Shown: positions 12,497 to 24,920 of the stretch, piece by piece | Layout of the letters: the number at the start of each line of letters is the position of its first letter | Numbering within the stretch: position 1 is the stretch's first letter | DNA from: Magallana gigas | Taxonomy: Eukaryota | Assembly: GCF_963853765.1 (NCBI RefSeq) | Contig: NC_088858.1 | Span: 55,118,001 to 55,182,000, forward strand | Reading direction: 5' to 3' | DNA length: 64,000 nucleotides | Made by a program: the position numbers and the translations under genes | The notes under the pieces: model-generated | Databases searched by the model: none | The model's input: only the letters and a program-made list of their open reading frames with translations | Told to the model about the DNA's origin: nothing

Positions 12497-13493
12497 TAAT
12501 GACCTTTTCGTGCAACGTGGCTGCTTTCTTTGTGATGATAAGCGTAGTCAATATGGCGAATGCGAGCCAAAAAGATAAAATGGAAATGTGTGCTAGATCG
12601 GTGCTAGGTACGGACTTGTTTATCATTTCGTAAGTCGTGAAACAAGCAATTCCCAAGTTTATCACAAAAACAGCAGCCAAATAAAATTGTAGACTCTGGT
12701 CAACGGTTTCAACCATTTTGCACAACTGCAAGTGCTTCTTCCGAATATTCTTGAAAATATCCAATCTACATGAATTTTGCTCAATCGTCGTCTGTTTCAT
12801 TACGTCATAGAGATCATCATATAGGAACTCAATGGCGCTCACAAGCGTGCAAAACATGACAACGGGGAAAATGGACACACCTGATGATATAATCTGTACA
12901 AAACTTGCCAAAACTCTGACTGAGAGAGATGTGTTGGGGAAAGGGTTGCATGCGAGCACGGGTATCACTGGGGAGAAATTTGTGTTGATTGCAAAAATCG
13001 TCAAACTTGCGTTAATAGTAAAATATGTCCAACCTATAGCGAGATTCCTTGCCCCACATTTTCTGATCCTATTACTCTTTGGGTTTAACATCAGACTCTT
13101 TGAAATTTGGTCCTCCACAGCATCGATATACTGCTTTACATAGCTTTCAAAATGATTTCTGTTATCGTAAAAGATGAACAAAACAATGCTGACGATTGCG
13201 TTTTGCAGGTAGAATAACAGAGTGATTATTCGTAGTGATGTCAGGTTTGGAATAAAATCTATTCCTACCCAGAAAGATGGAAGATACCTCAATACATTCA
13301 AACTCAGCAGAGTGCACACAAAGGCACAGTAGAACCGAAGAAAGTTTTCCGTTGAATGTTTTACAATTATAGATGTTTTTTTGGCTGGATCATCTATAGC
13401 GGGGTTAACCTCACTTTTCTGTCGTCTATGGCATATTCCAAATATTCCAAGAGACAAACGCAGTGGCTGCATTAAACGTTCAGCGCGCGCCAT
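10486..13493 (-). CDS. Gustatory receptor-like (7tm_7/GRL) protein 1, 400 aa
   Basis: Exons 13493-12504 (330 aa), 12351-12283 (AHGLSKEIFNIDVNDTNIDDMIE), 10768-10679 (LNLLMTKLHGPSIGLSVLGIITITKEMILT) and 10539-10486 (LAGLFVTYFFLLLQFRI*). All introns are phase 0 GT-AG. The TYxxxxxQF TM7 signature of the GR superfamily is present. Confidence 0.92.
12413..12496. repeat. (GATA)n microsatellite just inside GRL1 intron 1
   Basis: Pure tetranucleotide run starting 7 nt from the donor at 12503. Confidence 0.98.
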
Positions 13494-16400
13494 ACTAAAT
13501 GAAAGAAGCTGGTATTGTGTGCAGATTTATACGTCATCCCTCTCACAAAATATGATACTTGTAACTGATTGACATATGACAGAGTGTAACTAGATTAGGG
13601 TGTTTGGTATGCACAATTAGTTATTCTAGAGGTTGCAGTAGAGTGTTTTGGTATAAAATTATGATTTGATTGAAGATAATGACTGAGGAGAGCAGAATCA
13701 ATAGAACTGAGCGGATGAACAATAAAACACTTAACAGGACCATCGGAGTACTGTATTTTCGGATGGAAATTCAATGTATGTTTCGTTTTAAATGAAATCC
13801 GTAAACAAAATGGAAAGGAGGATTCATATTAAAGTGTTGCTGCTACATCAGGGGATATTTTTGATGGATTATATCGTCCATTAAGTACTCTGCTTTTACA
13901 AATAGTGTCATCGTTTTGTCAATACCTAAACCGCCCTGCTTCATTTTATATGCTATTGTGCATCCTTAAAATGCTTATTGATCAAAGGTCAAGATCTAAT
14001 AAATAAAGAAGCCAACCGATTTTTGAAAAACAACATTAATGAGTTCTTTTAATGATGCTTTGTGACAATATTTTGGTTTCATCAAATGTATCGAAGCTTT
14101 AAAAGTTTAATATAATAAACTAGATACAAAATTGTGTTTTAAGTGTAAATTAGGTTCCAAGTCTTGTATTTCATGACGAGTGAAATGCAGTATATATCCG
14201 ATACTCCAGCTTCTCTATAAACGTATTACAACATATAAAATGTTCCCGACTTCTTTTTTAAAACCATATAAAATTGATAAAGATATCTGGATTACTTTTT
14301 CCAGCTTTCAATTGCAAATAGAATGTTCAGAAACGGTTTCATATTCAACATATTGCCTTATAATTAGAGGGGATTGTCATGATTTTAGTCAAATTCTGAT
14401 TTTTCTGTTTTTATTATTTACAATGCTTTAGGAATGCATTTTAGTGATTGAATGAAATATGAGAGTCTATCAATGAGTTATAAGCAAGATACAGGGCATA
14501 CATTTCTTTGTCATGTAAACAAGGCTCGTGTCCTGGGTTTTTTACATAGGTTTGAACAATATACCAGTAAACATCTTTTCCAAGCTGATTTGTCTCTCTT
14601 CTGATTCATTTTAAGCATGAATAAACAGTTCCTAGCGTTTATCACATTCATTTTAGGTTTAAAAGTGGAATTTTCATTTCAACATTCAAAATGTAAACTT
14701 TGGTTACATAGCAATGAAATGTAAGTTCTGTAACTCACTTATAAGTCAATGAATAGCTCTCAAATTTTGGTTGCCTATTAATAAAGTATTACAAACATTA
14801 AAGTGGAAAAAATGACCTAACTCGTGACCATGCCCCTTCAAAAATCAAAGTACTGAGAGTACTAAAAGACGGGGTCTTGAAAGTTTGAATTTGTAATTAT
14901 CATGGATTTCCTCCAATATACTTCCAAAATCAATGAGTTTGAATTATTTGTTACAATCTATGTTAATTCGGCTTTTTTGCAATTGTCTAATACTTTGTCT
15001 AAATTGTACTCAATCCCGGCCGTCATAATTGTAGAAAATTGACACAACGGTATATTATGTAAAATAAGACCCCAAGGAAAAATTTTAAAAATTACTACTA
15101 ACCGGGAAAATCAAACAACAATATCAAAGTAGATAATTTTAACCATTAAATTTATTCAATTTTGTGTTCCAAGGGAAAATCCACAAGTCGGACGGTATCC
15201 GTAATAAAAGTTTTATGAAAACCCCGAAAACTCTAAAACTGCTGAATTAACAAACAAAGTGAACATTAGTTAACCGATAACAAACACAGGCACCTGACGT
15301 TAGAAATATTTTTTTTACAATAAGATTCCAAGAACTTTGACAATAACAAGATATGCCACGGTCGCCATTTTGATTTTTAAGACCAACTTATCTGACACGA
15401 TTTTCTTCATTTGTGATTCATGCAAAATTAATAGGTAAAATTAAATCCGTTCGCCACTTACTACTTTTTTGTGTAAACTCGTGCATCACCTACACGAATT
15501 ACGATACAACCGTTCCTTTCATTAAAAATCATACTCCGAAAATCAGAGACATAAATAACAGAGATGGTCAACCCCGCCATTAGCGTGTAAATGTTACGGG
15601 ACCAACCTTACTTTGAGAACTACAAGTGCAACAGCAATCTTGTATAAGTCATTAAATCTGAACCTGATAGTGAAAATGAACCTGAACCTGTAAATATTTT
15701 AAGCATGTTTTATTTATGAAATATTTACAAAAACTTTTTATTTAGTTTTTAAATTACTTTTTTAAAACTTATTGACTTTTCACAAAGTAATGGTAATGCA
15801 TTACTTTACTCATGTAATGGTAATGTAATGCATTACTTCAAGAAAATTAAGTAATGGTAATGGTAATTTAATGCCATAATTAAAGAACTTGGTTCTTCAA
15901 TCGAGAAGATTGTTTATATTATATGATATATAAGTTTTCCAAAATGTATAATCTATTATAGATTTTGCTTACAATGCATTGTTTAAAATTTAAATTCAGT
16001 TTAATCAACTAAAGAGCCAACGAACGAGAAGGCAAATTCAGACTTGTTTTTTACTTTCTTTGTACAAAATTCCTTTAGAGACGAACACCAGTCATACCGC
16101 AAGTAGACTGGAAGCAAATGAAACACCTATTTAATTTGTATAACATCTGTGTATAACCCGTCCCGATTTTAACTTCGGCTTGCGCATGAAGTTTGGTAGT
16201 ATTAAGGTGAAAGATTGTCAAAATAAAATTCACAACTTTTCAAAAATGGCACATTGCGTTTGGGAACTTTAATTTCGATTCCACCACCAACCTCTTCTAT
16301 TGATTAATGAGCTCGTACAGCAACTGAAATGTCAACGGCGCTATGCATTCAGTTACGTAACTCAATCCACATTTGAACCCGCGCAAGAATATTTTGATCA

Positions 16401-16595
16401 AAAAAACTATTTGTTTATTTTCTAAATAGAATTTTGTTTATACACAGAGGACTTAAAAAGATTTAATGTGTGTTTTTATAATACAAATTTACTGAAATGC
16501 ATGAAAACTTTCTGCACTATTATCTTAAGCGTAGACTCAATTCATGTGTTCTACGCGTGCCTTCCGGTTTGAGACTTCGGCTGACAGTAAACCAA

Positions 16596-16621
16596 TAGAC
16601 GGGGTCACGTGACCCCGTCTA
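16596..16621. repeat. Perfect 26-bp palindrome TAGACGGGGTCACGTGACCCCGTCTA
   Basis: Seen directly; centred on CACGTG. Probably part of a repeat element. Confidence 0.9.
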
Positions 16622-16882
16622 AAAATTGTATGCTATATAGCTCACTTGTAACTCAACAAATGACACTTAAATTATGGTTGCCTATTCAAAACGCCCGACT
16701 AAAGCACATTCTGACTATGTCCCTTTAAATTCATGACGTACTAATGACATGTTGGAAAACAATAGGAAAGCAACATTGAAGCCTCTATTTTCTATCACGC
16801 TTCACGGTGGTATCTGTAAAGGAAATTTGGAGTGTATGTCAAGTTTCCCTTATTAGAAAATGAATTTAAACAAGTATTTCAT

Positions 16883-17300
16883 TTAAAGGAATGATCGGAA
16901 ATAATGATATATAGATAAATAGAAGCAATCAACATGAACAGTTTGATGTAAAATGATTAAAAAAATACTGTATTTTTTACAAAATATAGAATATTTTGAA
17001 TCTGTACACCATAATGTCATCTTATAAACCGTCAACAAATTTAATTTTGAAACAAATTTGGGGAAAGCCGTTCGTAGACTCCTTGTCAAGTTTTATATTT
17101 TTAACGTAATTATTAAATGTTAATACATCTTCTTCTTCAGAATACTAGGTAGGGCTCCTCAAAGAGCATTAAATTAACACGTATACAAAGAAAGAGTTGT
17201 ATTAAAATAATTTAATGCGACTGAAAAACATTGAATGCCATCATAACTTGCTATTGAGGTCGCATTTTAACGTAACCTCGTTTATAAATTTCGATGTGCA
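16883..17300 (+). repeat. Dispersed ~420-bp repeat; second copy at ~55640-56052
   Basis: TTTAAAGGAATGATCGG...CGTAACCT is shared by both loci with high similarity by eye. Confidence 0.8.
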
Positions 17301-18386
17301 TGCTTGAATTAACAGGTCGAACTGTATTTAATGTATGTTCGCATCTCTTAAGATAAATGAATTGAAATAAAACTGAGTAAAATGTTATAGCTTAAAGTTT
17401 TTATAAGAACTACTTATGCAAGCGGAATGTGTGTGTACGTGGAAGCATTTGCCGGATGCCTCATATGGACACAACAGTGATCGGCCGAAGCCGATCACAA
17501 AAATTATTTCCAATTAATTAATGTGATGTCTTAATCAATCTAAAACTAAAAACAACGCTTTGAAATCATTTTTAGATTTTATTTACTTAAAAGAAAACGT
17601 TTTCAAGTTAAAAAAAAATTTAAAATGTGCAAATGCTTTATGAAACGCTTAAAAACGCATGCATATAATGATATTTATAGCAAGATGAACAATCTGTGTT
17701 TATTTCAAGGAGTATAATACACAAATAAACGCACATGATTTTAACAAGTATTACAATGAATTACTGAACTTTTCCAAAATATAAATATTTTCAAAAATGA
17801 CAAAGTCACAACAGAACATTGTTTAGTACTATATACATGCTTAATTACTTATATCGTGTAAGACTAATGTAAAAAAAAAAATTAATATGCTTGATGTTAC
17901 GTTTGAAGTTTGTAAAATTCAATGTTATTTTAATTGTTAAATGACTGGTTTTTATACAATTAATGGCAAACATCTAAATGATAGGAATTTTATTTCCATA
18001 CTGTGCGGAACTCTTTAGTAAAGCTTGGTTTGAACAATCTGTATACAAATGTATATAAACAGAGTTTGACTATGAGAACAATATAATTATTATAATTTTG
18101 TTGGCTAACTTCATGCTGTTACTATTCTTGATTACGTCATTTATATGTGTCGAATGATTCCTTTTTATCTTGGTGGTGAAATGATGATGCTACAAAAAAA
18201 CAGTTAAAGATATATACTGACGTAAATTCAGCTTAAAATATTTGATTTTTACTTATTTTAATGACTACACCTTTGAAGTAAGAGAATGAAGATAATTACT
18301 ATATAGCTAGTAATAAAATCTAAAAAAAGAAAAAAAAAAAAAAAAAGGTCCGTGTGCCTTAAACCAAGGTATGATAAAATACGTAC

Positions 18387-21300
18387 CTATATTTTAAACT
18401 GAATCAGCAAAAAGAGGTATGTCATGAAAACTCCAGCGAGCTAAAATCAGAGAAGTATTTTTTTTTTCGTGTTTAACCATACTACGTGGCTAGATTAAGT
18501 CATACTGAACAAGAAATTCAATTAAACATACTCAACAAAATATTTTCTATTGTCCGCGCACGTCTTCATATTTCTAGCAAATATTTCACAGCTCTAATTC
18601 ATACTCAATTACAGCATACAATCAATTACATTGATGTCAAGCAACTACGGCATATTGGATTTTAGCTGTTAAAGGAGACTTTCTGTTTGTTTTACAGATG
18701 AAAGCAATAAATTTATGTATTTGTAGGAAAGTGGTTTTACAACATGATCAATTAGAGCACCATTCGTCTATATAGAAAGAGCGCATAGAATGTATGCCAT
18801 TTTAATGCTTTATTATGATATAAACTAAATATGAAACAATTGTGTCTGCTCTTTGCTCATATACATAGGGAAAAAACTAAATTAAAATGAATTTTACCTT
18901 CTTGGTACATGAATGTCTGTTGAATTTTTTTTTCAAATGCTTTTTTTTAAATCTTGTAAATATCCAGCATGCCTTTTTGTATTCACTTTAAAATATTATG
19001 CGACTTACCGTTAGAATCATTTCCTTGGTGATGGTTATAATACCGAGTACTGACAGACCAATGGACGGACCGTGAAGTTTGGCCACCAACAGGTTAATCT
19101 GAATATATAATCCATACACCATTCTCTAATTAAAGTATAAATCTTCGCAATATTGTGTACCCACCTATATTAATATTGTATACCCACCTTTATTTGCTTG
19201 CGAATCAAATGTTACTGCATGTTCTGAATACATTACATTTTAACCACCCACCAGTTTATCTCAACTAAATTTCGAAATGAAAGTGTATATATTTTGTAGA
19301 TATACATGTACTTCCTATATTCTTTATTTTATACCATACTCTTTATATAAAGGATATTTGGATATGTCTGCCAGCAAAATTAATGACAGGAAGCAATGCA
19401 TTTATTGATGTAGGTATACGTAACAAATCTTTAACATATTCACTAAACATTCCTTGTATCTTATCTAATCTTCGCAATTCATACAATATTGCAATATATT
19501 TTAGACATTTAAGTCTATTTAAACAGATTTATATTTTGGTACTCACGTGCGCAAGATCCTGCATTGTAGCTCCGTCCAAATTGACATCCATTATCAACGG
19601 AGAGAGACCATGGGCCTAGAACAGTGAATATTTTAAATCAAATTCTTTATTTTAAATGACATGTATCGCTTTTGCAAATTCCTACTTAAGGTCAGACGCG
19701 ACCTATCTTCCATTTTTTTTCTATCTTTACAATGTGCAATTTAGTAATTCTATAATTATATTTTCATGTTATATGATACTTTTTTATTTAAGCATGACTT
19801 TATTAATAAGCATTTAAATGCATTTTTCATGCTGTTTTACGGAAAATTCTAAATATTCTAGCTCCGAAAATAGCCTGGTAATATACCCTGAATTTTTGGG
19901 AATAAACATTTTTATATGCTAATAAATAAGAAAAAATATATCAAGGAAAATTCTATAAAAATGAGAAACGTCTCATGTGTCCTTAAGATTAATTAAGATT
20001 CGGTGACCACGTAAAGTCAAGGATNNNNNNNNNNNNNNNNNNNNNNNNNNNNNNNNNNNNNNNNNNNNNNNNNNNNNNNNNNNNNNNNNNNNNNNNNNNN
20101 NNNNNNNNNNNNNNNNNNNNNNNNNNNNNNNNNNNNNNNNNNNNNNNNNNNNNNNNNNNNNNAATCTGATTGGTTTAGACGCAGTTAGTAATCTGTTCTA
20201 TTACCCTTAGCGTTAGCAACACACTTGGCAACGGGTAACACTATATAAATAGTGCCTGTTTGGGAGGGTAACAGTTGAAATTGACACCCCGAGAAAACCA
20301 TTGTCAACCGACGCGAAGCGGTGGTTGACAATGGTTTTCGAGGGGTGTCAATTTCAACTGTGATCCTCCCAAACAGACACTATTTATTTTGTTATACTGA
20401 ATGTCTTTTTTAAAATTTTTAAGAAAATCTTACTGCTTTTATATAGGAATAACGTGAATTCTACAGCGAACCGTACGCGCATAATTTTCGCGCATGTAAC
20501 ATTTTTTAATGTTACCCGTTGCCAAGTGCGTTGCTAACGCTGAGGGTAATAGTAAATATTATTAACTGCGTCTTAACCAATCAGATTTCAGTATTTAACA
20601 TGAAAGTATAACAAAACGAATTGTTACATGCGCGTAAATTATGCACGTACGGTTCGCCGTAGAATTCACTTAATTTCTATATAAAAGAAGTAAAATTTTC
20701 CTTACAATGGTTGTCTCGGGGTGTCAATTTCAACAGTTACCCTCATAAACGGGCACTATTTATATTATATATATATCTTTGATTCTTACAAAAAAAAAAT
20801 ACTTATTAAAACACACTTCAGAAAAGTGCAATTAAAAATATGCTGGACAAATTATATTCCTGCTAAGCTAATGAAAACTTTTATTGCGATAAAAAAATCT
20901 TTATATTTATGTGCCGTTTTATTTGGAAGTAAATTAAACAAAACCAAATCTGCTGCAGACATAAATATGAAATGGTATGGAAAACCGTTTGTTCATCGTG
21001 CAATTCAAGCAGAGGGTCGTTTATCTAATTTTTCGAGGATCTTTTGAATTCATTGACTCTCAAACTTTGACAGTTTGTCTCTGCAAACACACGTCTTTTG
21101 TCATTGGGCCAAATAATATGTAATTGAAGTATAGTGACAAAAACCTGCCTGAATTGATTATAACATTCTTAATATCCTAACAAAATCCCTCAATAAGTAA
21201 GTACTTTTCGTGTGTTTCTTCTGTTTATTAAATTCGCGAGTGCTTGGCCATGCGTTAAAATTTATAATGTTCTTGAATTTTTTTAAAAATATATATATTA

Positions 21301-22419
21301 TGGACTACTTATACACAAAAATAAATGAGGTCAGTTAATTTGTTTTGACTGTCCTTTTTAACGAATGGTATCACCTTAAGCAGTGACCAAATTTTAACTT
21401 CTAGAGATATAATTGAGAAAAGATAACTGTACCTTCTCGTGTACATTAGCGGAATTTACAGATGTTATAAAAGGGACCAGAAAACACGCTCCCAGCCAGA
21501 AGGAGGAGATAGCGATCTCTGGTACGTTGGGGGCGTTTGAAATTTCGTGTATCATTTCGTAAATTATAAAACACGCATTTCCGATGTTTAACAGGTAAAC
21601 GTTGGCAATGTAATAACTCAAACTTTGGTCCACAGTTTCCACCATCTTACATAATTTCAAGTGTTTGTATCGAACACACTTCAACGTCTCGAACCTGTTC
21701 GGACAATCTTCTAACGCCGTGTTGTCGATGACGTCATAAAGTTCCTGAAACTGAGTCGCTATGCCACTGGTCAGAGAATAATGAAGAACAGCCGGAAAAA
21801 TCCACACTCCCGTTGAAACGGACATAAATAGACACATAAGTATTTTAACAGCCAATGAATGACAAGAGAGAGGGTTGCACATGACATACGCAAGCTTCGG
21901 AGAAAAGTCGGAAAAAAATAGAAAAATGATAAAACCTGTGTTGAATAGAACTACCATCCAACCAGCTATAGTAGCCCGTATTATATGTCTCTTAACATGT
22001 TCGGTTCTTGGGTTCGTCTTTAATCGTTTCGAAATACTATCTGTGGTTACGTTAATGTACTGCTTTTCATGTCTCTCAAAATGGTTCTTTTGTTCGAAGA
22101 ATACGAACAAAACTAATGAATTCACGGCGTTTTGTATGGTCCAGATTACATTGACGATTCTATGAGCAGTAAGATCTGGGATGAAATCTACTCCGACCCA
22201 GAAGCTAGGTAGGTATCTAATGACACTCAGGCTCATCAAGCAGCAGATGAAGATACAGTAAAATCTGATTGCTTTGGGCAGGATCCGCGGGGGGTTCGTA
22301 TTTTGGTCCCCGGTGTCTTTTGCTGGCTCTACTTGACTGTGCTTCGGTGTGTGGTACAATCCAAAAATGGCTAGAGATAAATACAGCGGCCGCATGTACA
22401 CGCTCCTGGATGTATTCAT
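18387..22419 (-). CDS. Gustatory receptor-like protein 2, 399 aa
   Basis: Exons 22419-21433 (329 aa), 19615-19547 (AHGLSPLIMDVNLDGATMQDLAH), 19098-19009 (INLLVAKLHGPSIGLSVLGIITITKEMILT) and 18440-18387 (LAGVFMTYLFLLIQFKI*). Same phase-0 structure as GRL1. Intron 1 spans the N gap. Confidence 0.88.
19690..19982. mobile_element. Non-autonomous TTAA-inserting DNA transposon (Kolobok-like termini GG...CC)
   Basis: TTAA|GGTCAGACGCG...CGTCTCATGTGTCC|TTAA; imperfect TIR. Confidence 0.5.
20025..20162. other. Assembly gap (N run)
   Basis: Run of N. Confidence 1.
20163..20770. mobile_element. Foldback/MITE-like palindromic element plus a partial second copy
   Basis: Outer inverted arms at 20163-20240 and 20510-20588; inner ~140-bp hairpin at 20245-20387. 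Rearranged pieces recur at ~20610-20770. Confidence 0.8.
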
Positions 22420-23833
22420 ATTTAGAGTTGCTTGAGAAGTTGTTAACGGTATTCAAAGTTTAACGAGAAATGTAGATGTGGCATCAAAGACAAATTCTAG
22501 GAACGCGTAATGGCTGGTCATTTGTGTCTTCTAAAGAACCAGGAGAAAATGTGCTTAAATGGGTCCCAGGTGAAAGAGACAAAGCGTTACCAATTAAGCT
22601 CATGAAATGATTAACGATTTATTAAAGATGTCCAATTGTTTGTTCTAACTATCATAACAGTTTAAAGTAGATTCCTAGTATTTACCAAGCCATCCACATC
22701 TTTATTGCATTTGTCATATATTCTATTGATTGTTGTGCATGAATATCCATCAAAGGATTGGAGAACAAGAACGGACAACTTCAATTTATTGACCAAGTTG
22801 TGCAAATTCACTAATTTCATATTTCAAACAACATTGTGAAACTCTTTCAAACGTAATACAATCCAACGTGATTTAAACTTTTGCATCGGTCAATTTAACT
22901 CTGGATCGGTGAGTATAGCGTTGATAATGTCCTGGAATAGATGGGTCAATTATTACGTGTATCTACCGACAAAGAAAATAACGTTCTACCAACCAAATGC
23001 AGAGTCACTTGGTTTTTCTGAATAGTTGCAAAAGGCTAAAGTTCAATGCAGGTAGTACATGTGATCTAGGCCAATGATGCAATATCGCGTTCTTACATGG
23101 TTTCAAGATCGGAAATGCCCTCACAGGGTCTGAGTTAAAAATAGATAAAAATAAGAGCACATGCGTATATATCTTATATATTGCATCAAACTCTAGGTCT
23201 GTCATCATTTTATGCAATGTTGGGAGAAGATTTTTCCAACAAATTAACGTCAAGATCTAGTACATGGAAGACGTCCTCATACATACCGTAGATTCATTGT
23301 TTTACGCGAGTACTTAATTCCGCGCTTCAAATGAATTGCATCAAATTGTGAGTATTTAAAATCGCCAAGTAGTTTTTAGTTTCAATTAGTTTACATCTAT
23401 CGGAAAGACAAAAGTGAGATTTTAAATACGTGATATATGCTTCTCGCGATTTTACGCGGATATTAATTCCTCACAATTAATTAGGTATCACCAGTAATTC
23501 TTTAAGTGATGCTTCATTGCATTAGTTTTGTTTGATAAGGTGTATCGGATCTTGATATTTTGGAAAACACAATATAATAAGCATGTTTGAACTGTCATTT
23601 TCAAGGAATATGAAAAAGAAAAAAGTAACAATCCTGGAGTTTTGCCCATTTTTGAATGAAATATATCTTAATAACTGCTCACATATCTCAAGAAATGGTA
23701 TCAAACAAGCTCCAAACCTTAACTTTAAAATGATATAAATGGGATAAAGTTAAATATAGGCATCAAGATAACTTTGATGAAACTATAAGATTTAATATTG
23801 AATTCAACTAATTACAACGAAATTGTTAACAGT

Positions 23834-23835
<2 letters not shown>

Positions 23836-23894
<59 letters not shown>

Positions 23895-23914
23895 TGTGTG
23901 TGTGTGTGTGTGTG
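23836..23914. repeat. Compound (GA)n(GT)n microsatellite just inside the GRL3 intron
   Basis: Reads (CA)n(CT)n on the sense (minus) strand, starting ~20 nt from the donor at 23933. Confidence 0.98.
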
Positions 23915-23933
23915 TTTTAAAAAGAACTGTTAC

Positions 23934-24920
23934 CTTTTCGTGCACTTTCGCAGATTTTATGGAGATAATAAATGGTATGATAAAAGAACTCGCCAGCCAG
24001 AATAATGACACAACCATCTGTGTTATGTTTGGATCACCGCTCACTTTACTAATCAGGTCATAGATTAAAAAGCACGCAGTTCCAATACTTAACAGATAAA
24101 CGTTTGCCACATAGTAGCTCAAACTTTGGTCCACAGTTTCCACCATCTTACATAATTGCAAGTGTTTGTATCGAACACACTTCAACGTCTCGAACCTGTT
24201 CGGACAGTCTTCTAACGCTGTGTTTTCAATGACTTCGTGAAGTTCCTGAAATCGTATCTCGATAGCAGTGGTTAACGAATAATGGAGAACCACTGGGAAA
24301 ACCCACACACCCGATACAAGCAAAAAGAGAACGGATATGAATATCTTCACAGGAATAGATTTGTGAGACAGAGGGTTACATAGGGTCACTGTCACATCGG
24401 GCGTCAGGTTCGAGAAAAGCAGACAACCAACTGTCACGGCATTGAAGATGACCATAATCCACCCGACCACCAGAGCTCGGACCATGCTTCTTTTGGCTTT
24501 CTGACATGCTGGGTTGGTTTTTAGATACTTTGAAATGTCGTCACTTATCACCGTGATGTACTGTTGGACATAACGCTCAAAATGATTCTTGTTCTCGAAG
24601 AAAACGAAGAGAACAATACAGTTGACGGCGTTTTCTATGAACCAGACAAGAACCACGATTCTTAGTGCGGTGGGGTGCGGGACAAAATCGATCCCCACCC
24701 AGAAGCTTGGGATGTAACGGAGAACGTTCAGACTTAAAACACAGCAAACAAAGAGGCAGTAAACTTTCTTCACTTTTGACAGTAAGTGTGGAGGTTTGCT
24801 ATTTGCTTTGGCATCAAAAGCTTTAGCGGGTTCAACAAGGCTTGAATTCGATCCATGCGATAATCCAAACAACGCAAGTGACGTATGCAGCGGCCGCATG
24901 TGAGTTCTCATGGATGCCAT
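23934..24920 (-). CDS. Gustatory receptor-like exon 1 (GRL3, 329 aa) without its own 3' exons
   Basis: Intact ORF MASMRTHMRPL...SAKVHEK, the same length as GRL2 exon 1, ending at a canonical donor AAG|GTAACA. The ORF track's start at 24998 is probably too far upstream. I found no exon 2-4 homologues in 22420-23933. Confidence 0.85.

Noticed and set aside
12411-12503. IYLS and THTH/SLSL tails of the GRL ORFs
   Set aside because: Read-through into intronic microsatellites; the real frames splice at HEK|.
12832-22463. Plus-strand ORFs overlapping GRL exons
   Set aside because: Antisense shadows of real coding sequence.
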